DNA from: Xanthobacteraceae bacterium | Lineage (GTDB): Bacteria; Pseudomonadota; Alphaproteobacteria; Rhizobiales; Xanthobacteraceae | Assembly (NCBI GenBank): GCA_049646625.1 | Contig: JBARWE010000219.1 | Span: forward strand, 4,361 to 68,360 | Direction of reading: 5' to 3' | DNA: 64,000 nt | Notes under the pieces: model-generated | What the model saw: the letters and a program-made list of their open reading frames with translations, nothing else | What the model was told of the DNA's origin: nothing | Database searches by the model: none | Translations under genes and position numbers: made by a program | Part shown: piece by piece, positions 36,834 to 47,230 of the stretch | How the letters are laid out: each line of letters opens with the position of its first letter | Numbering within the stretch: position 1 is the first letter of the stretch

Positions 36834-38039
36834 CTATAACTTCGCCAGATATGGCTCCAGCGCCTGTAAGCTCCTCAACGTGTGCGCCGGCGCGTAGAGA
36901 TCAATGTGCGGCAGCGCCGCCTTGATGCCGGCGGCTTCTGGCGCGTAGCCCTCCCAACCCATCATTGGGTTGAGCCAGACGATGCGGCGGCAGCGTTTGG
37001 CGAGTTGCGCCATCTCGCGGCCGAGCAGCTTTGCATCGCCCGTTTCGTAGCCGTCGGAGACGATCATCACGCAGGTGCGCGAATGAATGACGCGCGCGGC
37101 GTGCCAGCGGTTGAAGGTCTGTAACGAAAGCCCGATGCGGGTGCCGCCGCCGGCGCCTTGCGCCATCATTGCGAGGCGATCGAGGGCGCGCGCCGGGTCG
37201 CGTTCGGCCATTGCGTCCGACACATGCGCAAGCTGGGTGTGAAACAGGAATGCCTCGGCCTCGCGAAACTCGTCGAGCACGCCGTGGATGAAGCGAACGA
37301 ACACGCCGGTGTACAGGCTCATCGAGCCGGAGGCGTCGAGCAGCACCACGAGCCGCAGCGGCTTGTCCTTGCGCCGCCGCCGCATCAGTTCGATCGGCAC
37401 GCCGCCGCGGCTGATATTGGCATGGATGGTGCGGCGCAGATCGAGCCGGGAGCCACGGTGGCACGCGAGGTCGCGGCGCGTGAGCCGGGTGCGCATGGCC
37501 TTGGCAAGCCGCGCCGCTGCTGCGTGCGCCTGCGCGACCTGCTCGGGATCGTTGAGCTTGCGGAAATCGACATCGGCGAGGTTTTCGGCTTGCGAGGCGC
37601 CTTCCATGCGCCCTTCGCCGCCACCGCTCTCGGGCGCGTCGTCGAGCGAGGGCACCTGGTCCAGGATCTGCGCGCCGCCGCGCTCCACGCGACCATCTCG
37701 TAAGGTCTTGAGCGAGGGACTGTCGGCCGGCTTCTGCGCGCCGGCGATCATCGACCGCGACCGTACCCGCTTGCCGAGCCAGAAGGCGTCGAAAATACCG
37801 TCGAACCTGTCCCACTCCGCCTTGCGGCTCGAGAACAGATGCTTGAACGCCGAGCGCAACAGTGCTGGATGTCTGGCATGGCCGGACGCGATCAGCGTTG
37901 CCGCATCCTCGCCCTCGCGGGGGCCGACCACAAAGCCGTTATCGCGCAGCGTAGCAAGAAAGCCCGCGAGCCGCAGCGCGATCAGGCTGTCCGGGCCGGT
38001 GCCGGAATCATCGACGCGGAATGGGGCATGCGCGCTCAT
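36834..38039 (-). CDS. coxE: CoxE, VWA-domain protein
   Basis: 401 aa. MIDAS motif VVLLDASGSM. Follows coxD with a 4-nt overlap. Confidence 0.85.
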   Translation of the reverse strand: MSAHAPFRVDDSGTGPDSLIALRLAGFLATLRDNGFVVGPREGEDAATLIASGHARHPALLRSAFKHLFSSRKAEWDRFDGIFDAFWLGKRVRSRSMIAGAQKPADSPSLKTLRDGRVERGGAQILDQVPSLDDAPESGGGEGRMEGASQAENLADVDFRKLNDPEQVAQAHAAAARLAKAMRTRLTRRDLACHRGSRLDLRRTIHANISRGGVPIELMRRRRKDKPLRLVVLLDASGSMSLYTGVFVRFIHGVLDEFREAEAFLFHTQLAHVSDAMAERDPARALDRLAMMAQGAGGGTRIGLSLQTFNRWHAARVIHSRTCVMIVSDGYETGDAKLLGREMAQLAKRCRRIVWLNPMMGWEGYAPEAAGIKAALPHIDLYAPAHTLRSLQALEPYLAKL

Positions 38040-38911
38040 GCCACCTTCCCCAACAGCTTCGCGGTGACCTCAGGCTTGAAGCGTGCCTTGTCCTCGCGGG
38101 TCTTGATGAGGCACATCAGCGTTTCGTGAACGAGGTCCGGTGCGTCGTGCAGATCGCGCACGTCAAGGCCGACGAGCGCCGCAGCCCAGTCCAGCGTTTC
38201 GGCGACGCCTGGCACCTTGCGCAGGTCTTCCTTGCGGATGCTGTCCACCATCCGCGCGATCTGTACGGCGAGCGAGGCGCCGATGCCGGCGATGCGCGCC
38301 ATGATGATGCGCGCTTCACGATCGACGTCCGGGTAATCGACATAATGATAGAGGCAGCGGCGGCGTAGTGCGTCGGACAGTTCGCGCGTGCCGTTCGATG
38401 TCAGCACGACATAGGGGATGGAGTCCGCCGTGACCGTGCCAAGTTCGGGAATCGACACCTGGAAATCCGACAGCAGTTCCAGCAAAAAGGCTTCGAACTC
38501 GTCGTCGGCGCGGTCGATCTCGTCGATCAGCAGCACCGGTGGCGTTGCACGGCGGATCGCGGCGAGCAGCGGCCGTTCCAGCAGATACTTCTCCGAAAAG
38601 ATACGATTCTCGATGTCAGCGCCGCTTTGGCCCTGATGCGCCTGGATGGCCAGCAACTGGCGCTGGTAGTTCCACTCGTACAGCGCTGCCGGCTGGTCGA
38701 GGCCCTCGTAGCATTGCAGGCGGATCAACTCGGTACCATAAAGCGCGGCCAGCGCCTTCGCCACCTCGGTCTTGCCGACGCCCGCCTCGCCTTCAAGCAG
38801 CAGCGGGCGCCGCAGCATCTGCATCAGCGAGAGCGCCGTCGCGAGTTCCCCGTCGGCGATATAGCCGACGGCGGCCAGACGTTCGGCGATCTCGTTACGT
38901 GTCATGGTCAC
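38036..38911 (-). CDS. coxD: CoxD, MoxR-type AAA+ ATPase
   Basis: Walker A GEAGVGKTE and Walker B LLIDEIDRA. 4-nt overlap with the coxL stop. Confidence 0.9.
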   Translation of the reverse strand: MTMTRNEIAERLAAVGYIADGELATALSLMQMLRRPLLLEGEAGVGKTEVAKALAALYGTELIRLQCYEGLDQPAALYEWNYQRQLLAIQAHQGQSGADIENRIFSEKYLLERPLLAAIRRATPPVLLIDEIDRADDEFEAFLLELLSDFQVSIPELGTVTADSIPYVVLTSNGTRELSDALRRRCLYHYVDYPDVDREARIIMARIAGIGASLAVQIARMVDSIRKEDLRKVPGVAETLDWAAALVGLDVRDLHDAPDLVHETLMCLIKTREDKARFKPEVTAKLLGKVA

Positions 38912-41343
38912 GCGGCCGTCGCCTCCCTGATGAGGCCCAGCTCCTTTGCGGCCTGCCAGTTACGCCAGAAGTCGTGCGGCATCTGGATATGGGTCGCGCC
39001 CAGGAATGAGAAGGCGTCGTTGACGGCATTGGAGAATGCCGGCACGCCGCCGACATTCGGGCTTTCGCCGACGCCCTTGGCGCCGATCGGATGATGCGGC
39101 GACGGCGTCACCGTGAAGTCCGTCTCCCAGTGCGGAGTCTCGACCGCGGTTGGCAGGAAGAAGTCCATGAACGAGCCGCCGAGCACGTTGCCTGCCTCGT
39201 CGTAGTGGATTTCCTGCCCCATCGCGATGGCGAAGGCCTCGGTCAAGCCGCCATGCACCTGGCCCTCGATGATCATCGGGTTGATGCGGGTGCCACAGTC
39301 GTCGAGCGCATAGAAGCGCCGCACCTTGTAGACGCCGGTATCGACGTCGATATCCATCACGCAGATATAGGCGCCGAACGGGTAGGTCATGTTCGGTGGG
39401 TCGTAGTAGCTCACCGCCTCAAGCCCCGGCTCCATGCCCGGCGGCGGCGAATTGTAGGCCAGCCAGCAGATATCCTTCATGCCGAGGAATTTTTCCGGCA
39501 GGCCCTTCACCCGGAAGCCGTCGATATCCCATTCGAGGTCGTCCTCGTGGACTTCGAGCTTGTAGGCGGCGATCATCTGCGCCTTGGCCTTGATCTTGCG
39601 CGCGGCCATGGCGATCGCCGCTCCCGCCACCGGCGTCGAGCGCGAGCCGTAGGTGCCGAGGCCGTAAGGGGCGGTGTCGGTGTTGCCTTCCTCGACCATG
39701 ATGTTGTCGGCGGGAATGCCGATCTCGGTGGCGATGATCTGCGCCCAGGTCGTCTCGTGGCCTTGGCCCTGGCTCTTGGTGCCCATGCGCGCGATACCGG
39801 CCCCGGTCGGGTGCAGGCGGATCTCGCAGGAGTCGAACATGGCGATGCCGAGAATGTCGCAGTTCTTCGAGGGGCCGGCGCCGACGATCTCGGTGAAGAA
39901 CGACAAGCCGATGCCCATGATCTCGCGCGTCTCGCCGCGCTTGAACGCTTCGCGCCTGGCCGCCTGCTCGCGGCGCAGCCCTGCATAGTCCACCGTCTCC
40001 ATCGCCTTTGTCATGGCGGTGTGATAGTCGCCGGAATCGTATTCCCAGCCGAGTGCCGAGTGATACGGAAACTGCTCCGGCCGGACGAAATTCTTCAGCC
40101 GCAGTTCGGCCGGGTCCATGTTCAGCTTCTGCGCCAGAATATCCATCCCCCGTTCAATGCAGTAGGCGGCTTCCGTAACGCGGAACGAACAGCGGTAGGC
40201 GACGCCGCCCGGCGCCTTGTTGGTATAGACGCCATCGACGGAAAGATGGGCGGTCGGGAAGTCGTAAGAGCCGGTGACGATGTTGAAGAACCCCGCCGGC
40301 CATTTCGACGGGTCGGCGCAGGCGTCGAACGCGCCGTGGTCGGCCAGCACATGCACGCGCAGGCCCGTCACCTTGCCCTCCTTTGTGGCGGCGATTTCCG
40401 TGGTCATGTGGTAGTCGCGGGCAAAGGAGGTGCTGGTCAGGTTTTCCATGCGGTCCTCGACCCACTTCACCGGCTTGCCGGTGACGATGGAGGCGACGGC
40501 CGCGCAGATGTAGCCCGGATAGGCGCCGACCTTGTTGCCGAAGCCGCCACCGATATCGGGCGAGATCACATGGATCTTCTGCTCCGGCAGTTTTGCGATC
40601 AGCGCCACCACCGTACGGATGACGTGCGGAGCCTGAAAGGTGCCCCAGATGGTCAGTTCGCCCTTGATCTTGTCGAACGAGCAGACGCACTGGCAGGTTT
40701 CGAGCGGGGAAGGGTGTACGCGCTGATAGGAGATCAACTCCTTGATCGTCACCTCCGCCTTCTTGAAAGCGGCGTCGGTCAGGTCCTTGTCACCGACCGT
40801 CCACTCGAAGATGTGGTTATAGTGTTTGCGCGGGCCATGCGCGCCGTCGCTCTTGTCCTTGATGTCCTCGCGCAGCACCGGTGCGTCCGGCGCCATCGCC
40901 TTGAACGGATCGACCAGCGGCGGCAGCGGTTCGTACTCGACCTCGACGGCGTTGATGCCATCGTCGGCGGCATAGCGGTCGGTGGCGACGACGAAGGCCA
41001 CCTCCTGGTTCTGGAACAGCACCTTGCCGTCAGCCAGCACCATCTGTACGTCGCCGGCCAGCGTCGGCATCCAGGCGAGGTTGACGGTCTTCAGCGTCTC
41101 GGCGGTGATGACCGCGAGCACGCCGGGCACTTTCAGCGCTGCCTCGGTGTTGATGGCTTTGACGCGCGCGTGGGCGTGCGGCGAGCGCACGAAATCGCCG
41201 TGCAGCATGCCGGGCAGCTTGACGTCATCGACGTAATTGCCCTTGCCTTGCGTGAAGCGGATGTCCTCGACGCGCTTTCTCTTGCAGCCCATGCCTTCAA
41301 GGCGGGCCTCGCGTTCTTCCCGCGTGGGTGTCATATCGTTCAT
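38908..41343 (-). CDS. coxL: Form I aerobic CO dehydrogenase large (Mo-Cu) subunit CoxL
   Basis: 811 aa from ATG 41343 (ATGA overlap with coxS). Contains the form I active-site signature VAYRCSFR. Confidence 0.92.
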   Translation of the reverse strand: MNDMTPTREEREARLEGMGCKRKRVEDIRFTQGKGNYVDDVKLPGMLHGDFVRSPHAHARVKAINTEAALKVPGVLAVITAETLKTVNLAWMPTLAGDVQMVLADGKVLFQNQEVAFVVATDRYAADDGINAVEVEYEPLPPLVDPFKAMAPDAPVLREDIKDKSDGAHGPRKHYNHIFEWTVGDKDLTDAAFKKAEVTIKELISYQRVHPSPLETCQCVCSFDKIKGELTIWGTFQAPHVIRTVVALIAKLPEQKIHVISPDIGGGFGNKVGAYPGYICAAVASIVTGKPVKWVEDRMENLTSTSFARDYHMTTEIAATKEGKVTGLRVHVLADHGAFDACADPSKWPAGFFNIVTGSYDFPTAHLSVDGVYTNKAPGGVAYRCSFRVTEAAYCIERGMDILAQKLNMDPAELRLKNFVRPEQFPYHSALGWEYDSGDYHTAMTKAMETVDYAGLRREQAARREAFKRGETREIMGIGLSFFTEIVGAGPSKNCDILGIAMFDSCEIRLHPTGAGIARMGTKSQGQGHETTWAQIIATEIGIPADNIMVEEGNTDTAPYGLGTYGSRSTPVAGAAIAMAARKIKAKAQMIAAYKLEVHEDDLEWDIDGFRVKGLPEKFLGMKDICWLAYNSPPPGMEPGLEAVSYYDPPNMTYPFGAYICVMDIDVDTGVYKVRRFYALDDCGTRINPMIIEGQVHGGLTEAFAIAMGQEIHYDEAGNVLGGSFMDFFLPTAVETPHWETDFTVTPSPHHPIGAKGVGESPNVGGVPAFSNAVNDAFSFLGATHIQMPHDFWRNWQAAKELGLIREATAA

Positions 41344-41840
41344 TCCGCGGCCTCCTTGAATTCGACGCCGTTCCGCTTGGCGGCGGCGTACTGGATCGCC
41401 TTGACGATGTTCTGATAGCCGGTGCAGCGGCACAGGTTGCCGGCGATGCCGGAGCGGATCTCTACTTCAGTCGGGTTGGGGTTTTCCTGGAGCAGCCGGT
41501 GGGCGCGTACGATCATGCCCGGCGTGCAATAGCCGCACTGCAGGCCGTGCATCATGCGAAAGCCTTCCTGCAGTGCCGACAGCGTGCCGTCGGCGTTCGC
41601 CATGCCCTCGATCGTGGTGATCTCGGCGCCGTCGGCCTGCACCGCGAACACCGTGCAGCTTTTCACCGACATGCCGTTGAGATCGACGGTGCAGGCGCCG
41701 CAATGGGTGGTGTCGCAGCCGATATGGGTGCCGGTCATCTGCAAATTCTCGCGGATGAAATGCACGAGCAGCGTGCGCGGCTCGACGAGGCCTTCGACCT
41801 CTGTGCCGTTGACGGTCATGGTGACGTGGGTTTTTGCCAT
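41340..41840 (-). CDS. coxS: CO dehydrogenase small [2Fe-2S] subunit CoxS
   Basis: 166 aa. Motifs [18 protein letters not shown] and CRCTGY. Confidence 0.93.
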   Translation of the reverse strand: MAKTHVTMTVNGTEVEGLVEPRTLLVHFIRENLQMTGTHIGCDTTHCGACTVDLNGMSVKSCTVFAVQADGAEITTIEGMANADGTLSALQEGFRMMHGLQCGYCTPGMIVRAHRLLQENPNPTEVEIRSGIAGNLCRCTGYQNIVKAIQYAAAKRNGVEFKEAAE

Positions 41841-41851
41841 AGACGCCTCCC

Positions 41852-42715
41852 TTACCTGGCGCGGGCCGCGGCGCGCTTCAGCGCCCGCTGCACCATGATG
41901 CCGCCGACGTGGCGGCGGTATTCCGGCGAGCCGCGACCATCGGCCGCCGGCTGCATGATGGCCATCGCGGCGGCCGCTGCGCGTTGCAGCACTGTGTCGT
42001 CGAGGTCGGTGCCGATCACGGCTTGCGCGGCCGCGTCGGCAAGGAGCGGCGCCTCGGCGAGATTGGTCAGGCCGATGCGGCAGGTCGCCACCCGCCCGCC
42101 GGCCATCGTCAGCACGACCGCTGCCGCGGCAGTGGCGTAATCGCCGACCTTGCGCTTGAGTTTCTCGTAGGCCGAGCCGTGGCCGGCCGGCGGCACCGGG
42201 ATCGCAACGGCGGTCAGAAGCTCGCCGGGTTCCAGAGCGGTGAAATAGGCGCCCTGATAAAACTCCGTAGCCGGGACCTCGCGGGCGCCGCCTTCGCCTT
42301 CCAACCGGTAGGCTGCGCCCAGCGCCATCATCACCGCCGGCATGTCGTTGCCGGGGTCGCCGTTGGCGACGTTGCCGCCGATGGTGCCCATGTAGCGCAC
42401 CTGCGGATCGGCGATCAGCACCGCCGCCTCGTGCAGCACCGGCAGCGTTTCGGCAATGAGGTTTGAGGCCAGCAGGTCGTGCTGGGTGGTGGTGGCGCCG
42501 ATGACAATGTGATCGCCGTCGCGGCGGATACCCCTGAGCGCGCCGATGCCGCCGAGGTCGACGAGGTGGGCGGGCGCGGCCAGCCGCAGCTTCATCATCG
42601 GGATCAGGCTGTGGCCACCGGCGAGCGCGCGTGCGTCTTCGCCCAGCGTCGCCATCAGATGGACCGCCTCGGCCAGGCTCGCCGGCCGGTGATAGTCGAA
42701 CTGGCCAGGAATCAT
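41852..42715 (-). CDS. coxM: CO dehydrogenase medium FAD subunit CoxM
   Basis: ATG 42715 follows [19 protein letters not shown] ... [15 protein letters not shown] ... [12 protein letters not shown]. Confidence 0.9.
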   Translation of the reverse strand: MIPGQFDYHRPASLAEAVHLMATLGEDARALAGGHSLIPMMKLRLAAPAHLVDLGGIGALRGIRRDGDHIVIGATTTQHDLLASNLIAETLPVLHEAAVLIADPQVRYMGTIGGNVANGDPGNDMPAVMMALGAAYRLEGEGGAREVPATEFYQGAYFTALEPGELLTAVAIPVPPAGHGSAYEKLKRKVGDYATAAAAVVLTMAGGRVATCRIGLTNLAEAPLLADAAAQAVIGTDLDDTVLQRAAAAAMAIMQPAADGRGSPEYRRHVGGIMVQRALKRAAARAR

Positions 42716-42899
42716 CGTGTCCTCCCTCGTTTGTTGCGCATCCGGAGTGTCCTGGGGCTGGCGCCTTCGGCACATGAGTGAATGCACACTTGAGGGAATG
42801 GATGGCTTCGCGGTCCGGTGTAAGCAAGACAGCGCGGTGCGGTCCGGTCACGAGGCGCGGGAATTCGCACCAAATGCGCGCCTGCCCGCACGAAATGCG

Positions 42900-44162
42900 T
42901 CAGCAGCGCTGACTTACCGCGGAGCGTTGGAGTGGAGTGGGGCGTCGGACGAGACCGAGGCGTGCTCTGACCTCGGCGATCCGCGCGCGGCTCACGGGAA
43001 TACGATGCGGTTCTGCGCCATCCAGTTCGATGATCGCGCCATCACCTTCGCGGCGCACAAACGTGATGTGGCGAATGGCGACGATATGGCTGCGGTGGAC
43101 CCGCAGGAACAAAGCGGGGTCGAGCTGGGCTTCGGCTTCGGAAATCGACCACGGGCACATCCGCTCGCGGGTACCGTCGTGAACGTGGGTGTAATGGGCG
43201 TCGGCACGGATGCTGCGCACGTCCGCGGCCTCGATGAAATGCGTGCCGTCGGCGCCGGTAACCGGCAGGCGCGGCGCCGGCTGAGACCGTGGCTGCCCAA
43301 GCCCGCCGAGCGGCAGCCCGCCGAGCGATGAGACGTTTGCCGGTGCGGCCCTCGGGCCGGCCGCTTCGGCCTTGCCGGCGATGGCGATCTCAACGTCATC
43401 CGGGTCGGTATCCGCTACGGCAGGACCGGCCGCCGCCACAACGCGCGGGTGCCGATCCGGAACCAGCGACAGCAGGAAGCCGGCGGCAACGACGAAGCAG
43501 AACAGCGCGACGATCAGCGCCAGCATCTGCTGCGACGCAACGAGGCCGCCCAGATCGTGATGGGCCGCATCCGGCGTTCCGGGTGCGAAGTGCGTGCCGG
43601 CCATCGCCGTGTAGTGCATGCCCGAGACCGCGATGCCGAACGCCGTTGCGCTGAAGATGAGCTGTGCGCCGTGCTGCCCTGCAAGGAACACGCGCAGGCC
43701 GCCATAGGCGGCGCCGATCGCGATCAGCACCGAAAGCGCGATGAAAAGCGGGTCGTGCCGCATCTCGAACGGCCCCGACAGGCCGTGCATGCCGACATAG
43801 TGCATGCTCGAAATGCCGACGCCGAGCAGCGTCGCGGCGCCCGCGAGCCGCTGCCAGGACGGCGGGCCGATGCTGACGAGGAACAGCGATACCCCAACCA
43901 CCAGCACGCAGATGAGAAACGATACGATCGTCGGCAGGACGAGGTAGACGGTGCCGGAGGGCAGGGGAGCCGCCAGCATGCCGATGAAATGCATGGTCCA
44001 GATGCCGATCGCGAGGAATGCCGCGGCGCCAGCAAGCAGCACGCGATAGTTCGCATCAAGCCGCCCACGGATGCGCGCGGCGAGCGCAAATCCGGTGTAG
44101 CCGCCAAGAATTGCAATCGCCACGGACAGGGCGACCAGATAGAGATCGTGTCCTTCGAACAT
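42900..44162 (-). CDS. coxC: CoxC-like membrane sensor: triple MHYT domain plus a C-terminal LytTR DNA-binding domain
   Basis: Three repeats (WTMHFIGM, SSMHYVGM, SGMHYTAM) lie in consecutive TM pairs. The C-terminus reads HFIEAADVRSIRADAHYTHVHDG ... FLRVHRSHIVAIRHI (LytTR). The start may be 44204. Confidence 0.85.
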   Translation of the reverse strand: MFEGHDLYLVALSVAIAILGGYTGFALAARIRGRLDANYRVLLAGAAAFLAIGIWTMHFIGMLAAPLPSGTVYLVLPTIVSFLICVLVVGVSLFLVSIGPPSWQRLAGAATLLGVGISSMHYVGMHGLSGPFEMRHDPLFIALSVLIAIGAAYGGLRVFLAGQHGAQLIFSATAFGIAVSGMHYTAMAGTHFAPGTPDAAHHDLGGLVASQQMLALIVALFCFVVAAGFLLSLVPDRHPRVVAAAGPAVADTDPDDVEIAIAGKAEAAGPRAAPANVSSLGGLPLGGLGQPRSQPAPRLPVTGADGTHFIEAADVRSIRADAHYTHVHDGTRERMCPWSISEAEAQLDPALFLRVHRSHIVAIRHITFVRREGDGAIIELDGAEPHRIPVSRARIAEVRARLGLVRRPTPLQRSAVSQRC

Positions 44163-44379
44163 GACCTTTCGGCACGCCTGTCTCCACGGGCGCGCCTCCT
44201 CCAAAGAACGACTCTAATCTGTTTCTCAACGGGATGACAACGGGTGCCGTACCGGCGGGGCCGGTATCGGGCTATCCTGCTGAAATGTGCCCGCAGCCCG
44301 ATATCCGCCGCGCGGACAGGGCTTTCAGTAGCCGGTCAACTCGGAACTTGCCCAGCCGCATCACCTCGCGAACCACCTT

Positions 44380-44545
44380 GCGAGAGATCCCCCAACTCCC
44401 CGCAGATCGCCTCGCACCGCCAACGATATTCACATCGGCACGCGCGTCGCCGCTCACCACCGGCAATCTGACATTCGAGATCGCTTGGCAGGGAGTAGTT
44501 TTGCAGGATGCGGTTCTTGAGCGTCTGATGCCGGCGCTCCGGTGA
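44380..44545 (-). mobile_element. Remnant of an integrase-core (rve) transposase C-terminus
   Basis: The minus strand reads ERRHQTLKNRILQNYSLPSDLE, compared with the common GKIERWHQTLKNRILLENYYLPGDLE. The surrounding frames are broken and no intact ORF remains. Confidence 0.55.
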
Positions 44546-44940
44546 TCAGGGTGGCGATGTCCGAAAGGTTCGTGAAGATCTTACCCTCATAGGGGTCGAC
44601 GCCGGCTGCGAAGCTGTCGTCCGGGCCATTGCAGGGCGGGGCCGGTAATTTGCTCCCGCCCGTCTTTTTGGTCAGATGTTCAGCCAGCTTACGCTTAGCT
44701 AAATCGGCCCGTTCGGATCAGACATAATTAAGTTGCTGCGGTCCAAGTTGGCTGTGCGCGGCGGCCTGACATAACAACCTTGTTGGGTCGGAGCATCCAT
44801 TAACTCAGCGCGCGGTGGTCCCAAAATCCCTGACGGCGGATGGTTGTAGTGCCGGTTAAGAGGCCCGTTGCGCCTCGCTGCAATCAAATTTGTTATCGTG
44901 GAGGTCCAAACGAGCCAAGAATTAGTTCTTGACAAAGATG

Positions 44941-44955
44941 TGTCCACTGTCGACA
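44941..44955. promoter_or_regulatory. Operator-like motif TGTCCACTGTCGACA (contains the 12-bp palindrome ACTGTCGACAGT), overlapping a TTGACA-N17 promoter-like element
   Basis: TTGACA lies at 44929-44934. The motif ends 29 nt upstream of the SBP ATG. An identical 15-mer is at 50447-50461. Confidence 0.6.
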
Positions 44956-44983
44956 GTTGGCGCGGCATACGAGGAGAGTGGAC

Positions 44984-46234
44984 ATGTTGGACAGACGAGC
45001 CTTGCTGGTTTCGAGCGCAACTGCCCTGTTGGCCGGTGCCTCGCGGAGTGCTTGGGGGCAGGGGGCGGACGAAGTAAAAATCGGCGTCTTGTATCCGTTC
45101 ACCGGAGCGGGCGCACAGGTGGGGGTGGAAGCGCGTTACGCGCTTGAAGTCGCGGCCGATGTCATCAATGAATCGCATGACGTCGACTTGCCTCTTGCCA
45201 AGGAAAAGGGGCTGCCGGGTCTCGGCGGTGCCAAAATCAACCTGGTCTTTGCCGATCATCAGGCCGACCCTCAGAAGGGGCGTTCGGAAGCCGAGCGATT
45301 GATCACCCAGGATCGCGTCTGCGCGCTGCTCGGCACATATTACAGCTCGGTGGCGGCCGTTGTGTCCCAGGTAGCTGAGCGGTATCAGGTTCCATTTGTT
45401 GCGGCCGAATCGTCGTCGCCCTCATTGCATACGAAGGGCCTGAAATACTTCTTCCGTCCCGGCCCGCACGACGAAATGTACTCGATCGCGATGTTCGATT
45501 TCATCAAGGATCTGAAGAAGAAGTATCCGGATTCGAGCAAGACGATCGCGCTGTTCTACGAGGACACGTTGTTCGGCAACGATACTGGTCGTGTGCAGAA
45601 ACGGCTCGCCCAGGAACAGAACGTGGAGATCGTTGCCGACGTCAAGTATCGGGCCAATTCTCCGTCGCTGAGCACGGAGGTCCAGCTTCTGAAGTCCAAG
45701 AACCCGGACATCATTCTGGCGACCTCCTATACGACCGACGCGATCCTGTTCGTGCGGACCATGCGCGAGCTTGGCTTCAAGCCGCACGGGCTGATCAGCC
45801 AGAACGGGGGCTTCATCGAGCCGGCATTCCTGAGCGCCGTCGGCAATCAGGCCGATGGCATCATCAGTCGCGCGAGCTTCGTTCTCGATCTGGCTTTGAA
45901 GCGGCCGTCGCTCGAATATGTAAATGGGTTGTTCAAGAAGCGAGCCGGCAAGGATCTCAACGACAACACGGCTCGCGAGTTCATGGCGCTGATTATCCTT
46001 GCAGATGCGATCAACCGTGCCGCGAGCAACAAGGGGCCAGCCATCGAGGCAGCACTGCGTGCCACGAAAATCCCCGGCGCGTCCACGATCATGCCGTGGG
46101 AGGAGGTGGCGTTTGGTGCCGATGGTCAGAACAATTCGATCCGTCCGGTGATGATGCAGTACGGGGCTGGAGAATACCGGACTGTTTGGCCGGACAGCCT
46201 TGCGACAAGGCAGCTTCAGTGGCCGCTTGGTTGA
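44984..46234 (+). CDS. Liv-type (Peripla_BP_6) ABC substrate-binding protein
   Basis: ATG 44984 follows GAGGAGAG. Signal-like MLDRRALLVSSATALLAGASRSAWGQ, then VKIGVLYPFTG. Confidence 0.86.
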   Translation: MLDRRALLVSSATALLAGASRSAWGQGADEVKIGVLYPFTGAGAQVGVEARYALEVAADVINESHDVDLPLAKEKGLPGLGGAKINLVFADHQADPQKGRSEAERLITQDRVCALLGTYYSSVAAVVSQVAERYQVPFVAAESSSPSLHTKGLKYFFRPGPHDEMYSIAMFDFIKDLKKKYPDSSKTIALFYEDTLFGNDTGRVQKRLAQEQNVEIVADVKYRANSPSLSTEVQLLKSKNPDIILATSYTTDAILFVRTMRELGFKPHGLISQNGGFIEPAFLSAVGNQADGIISRASFVLDLALKRPSLEYVNGLFKKRAGKDLNDNTAREFMALIILADAINRAASNKGPAIEAALRATKIPGASTIMPWEEVAFGADGQNNSIRPVMMQYGAGEYRTVWPDSLATRQLQWPLG

Positions 46235-46278
46235 TACGTCGCTCCGGAGCTGACGTTCCAATTTCAAGTGATTGAGTA

Positions 46279-46311
46279 AATTGCCGCCCATATCGTGCAT
46301 GGGCGGCAATT
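46279..46311 (+). promoter_or_regulatory. Stem-loop AATTGCCGCCCAT-N7-ATGGGCGGCAATT after the SBP gene
   Basis: 13-bp perfect stem read from the sequence, lying between the SBP and permease genes. Confidence 0.55.
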
Positions 46312-46336
46312 CAAGTTGCCTTTAGGGAGGGCGCTA

Positions 46337-47215
46337 ATGGCGCTTGAAGTGATCGCTCAGATCCTCGTCAGCGGTCTGCTTATGGGATTGATTTATGCGT
46401 TGATGGCGTCCGGGCTTGCCCTCATTTTCGGCCTCATGGACGTTGTCAACTTTGCGCATGGGGAATTCCTCATGATCGCAATGTACCTGATGTTCGGGCT
46501 GGTGGTGGTGACCGGCTTCGATCCCCTGCTGCTGTGGCCTGTTGTCGTCTGCTGCCTATTCTTCATCGGGGCGGGCGTCTATCTCGGCATCGTGCGGTAT
46601 GCGCTCAGGGTGCAGACTAACCGCGGTATGGTGCAGGTCTTTACGACCTTCGGCCTCGGGTTGATCCTGGTCGGTCTGGCACAATCGTTGCTTTCGCCAG
46701 ACTACCGGAGCATCGGCGATAGCTGGATCGGCGGAAAGACCGTTTCCCTGTTCGGTATCTATCTGCCGCTCCCTCAGCTTGTCGGCGGTGGCGCGTCACT
46801 TCTGACGTTCGTGCTGATCTGGTTTCTGATCAACAGGACGGATTTTGGTAAGGCGCTCGAGGCGACGCGCGAGGACGCCGGAGCGGTGTCCCTGGTCGGG
46901 ATCGATAAGGATCTCGTCTTTACGTTCGGCTGGGGTATCGGCGCGGCGCTGGTGGGACTGGCCGGCTCCATCATCGCGATTTTCTTCTATGTGTATCCCA
47001 GCGTCGGCAGCTCATTCATCCTGACCGCGTTCGTCGTGGTCGCGCTGGGTGGCTTCGGGAGTGTCTACGGCGCGCTCGCGGCCGGATTGATCGTCGGTCT
47101 TGTTGAGGCGGGCACGGCCGCGTTCCTGTCGCCTGCGCTTAAATCGCTGGGCGTGTTCGCCATATATCTTCTCGTCGTTATGTTCAGGCCACGCGGCCTT
47201 TTCGGGTCGATGTGA
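46337..47215 (+). CDS. Branched-chain-type ABC permease (LivH-like)
   Basis: ATG 46337 follows GGGAGG. VNFAHGEFLMIAMY ... GGFGSVYGALAAG. Confidence 0.86.
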   Translation: MALEVIAQILVSGLLMGLIYALMASGLALIFGLMDVVNFAHGEFLMIAMYLMFGLVVVTGFDPLLLWPVVVCCLFFIGAGVYLGIVRYALRVQTNRGMVQVFTTFGLGLILVGLAQSLLSPDYRSIGDSWIGGKTVSLFGIYLPLPQLVGGGASLLTFVLIWFLINRTDFGKALEATREDAGAVSLVGIDKDLVFTFGWGIGAALVGLAGSIIAIFFYVYPSVGSSFILTAFVVVALGGFGSVYGALAAGLIVGLVEAGTAAFLSPALKSLGVFAIYLLVVMFRPRGLFGSM

Positions 47216-47230
47216 TCGGGGTGCCTTGAA

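Noticed and set aside
39091-41415. 774-aa ORF on the plus strand, antisense to coxL
   Set aside because: This is a typical shadow ORF of high-GC DNA. The translation is Arg/Ala/Gly/His-rich with no recognisable domain. The opposite strand encodes a full-length CoxL with its active-site signature.
44699-45259. 186-aa minus-strand ORF spanning the promoter and start of the SBP gene
   Set aside because: It overlaps the strongly supported SBP start (SD plus signal peptide) and the operator/promoter region. It has no family resemblance.
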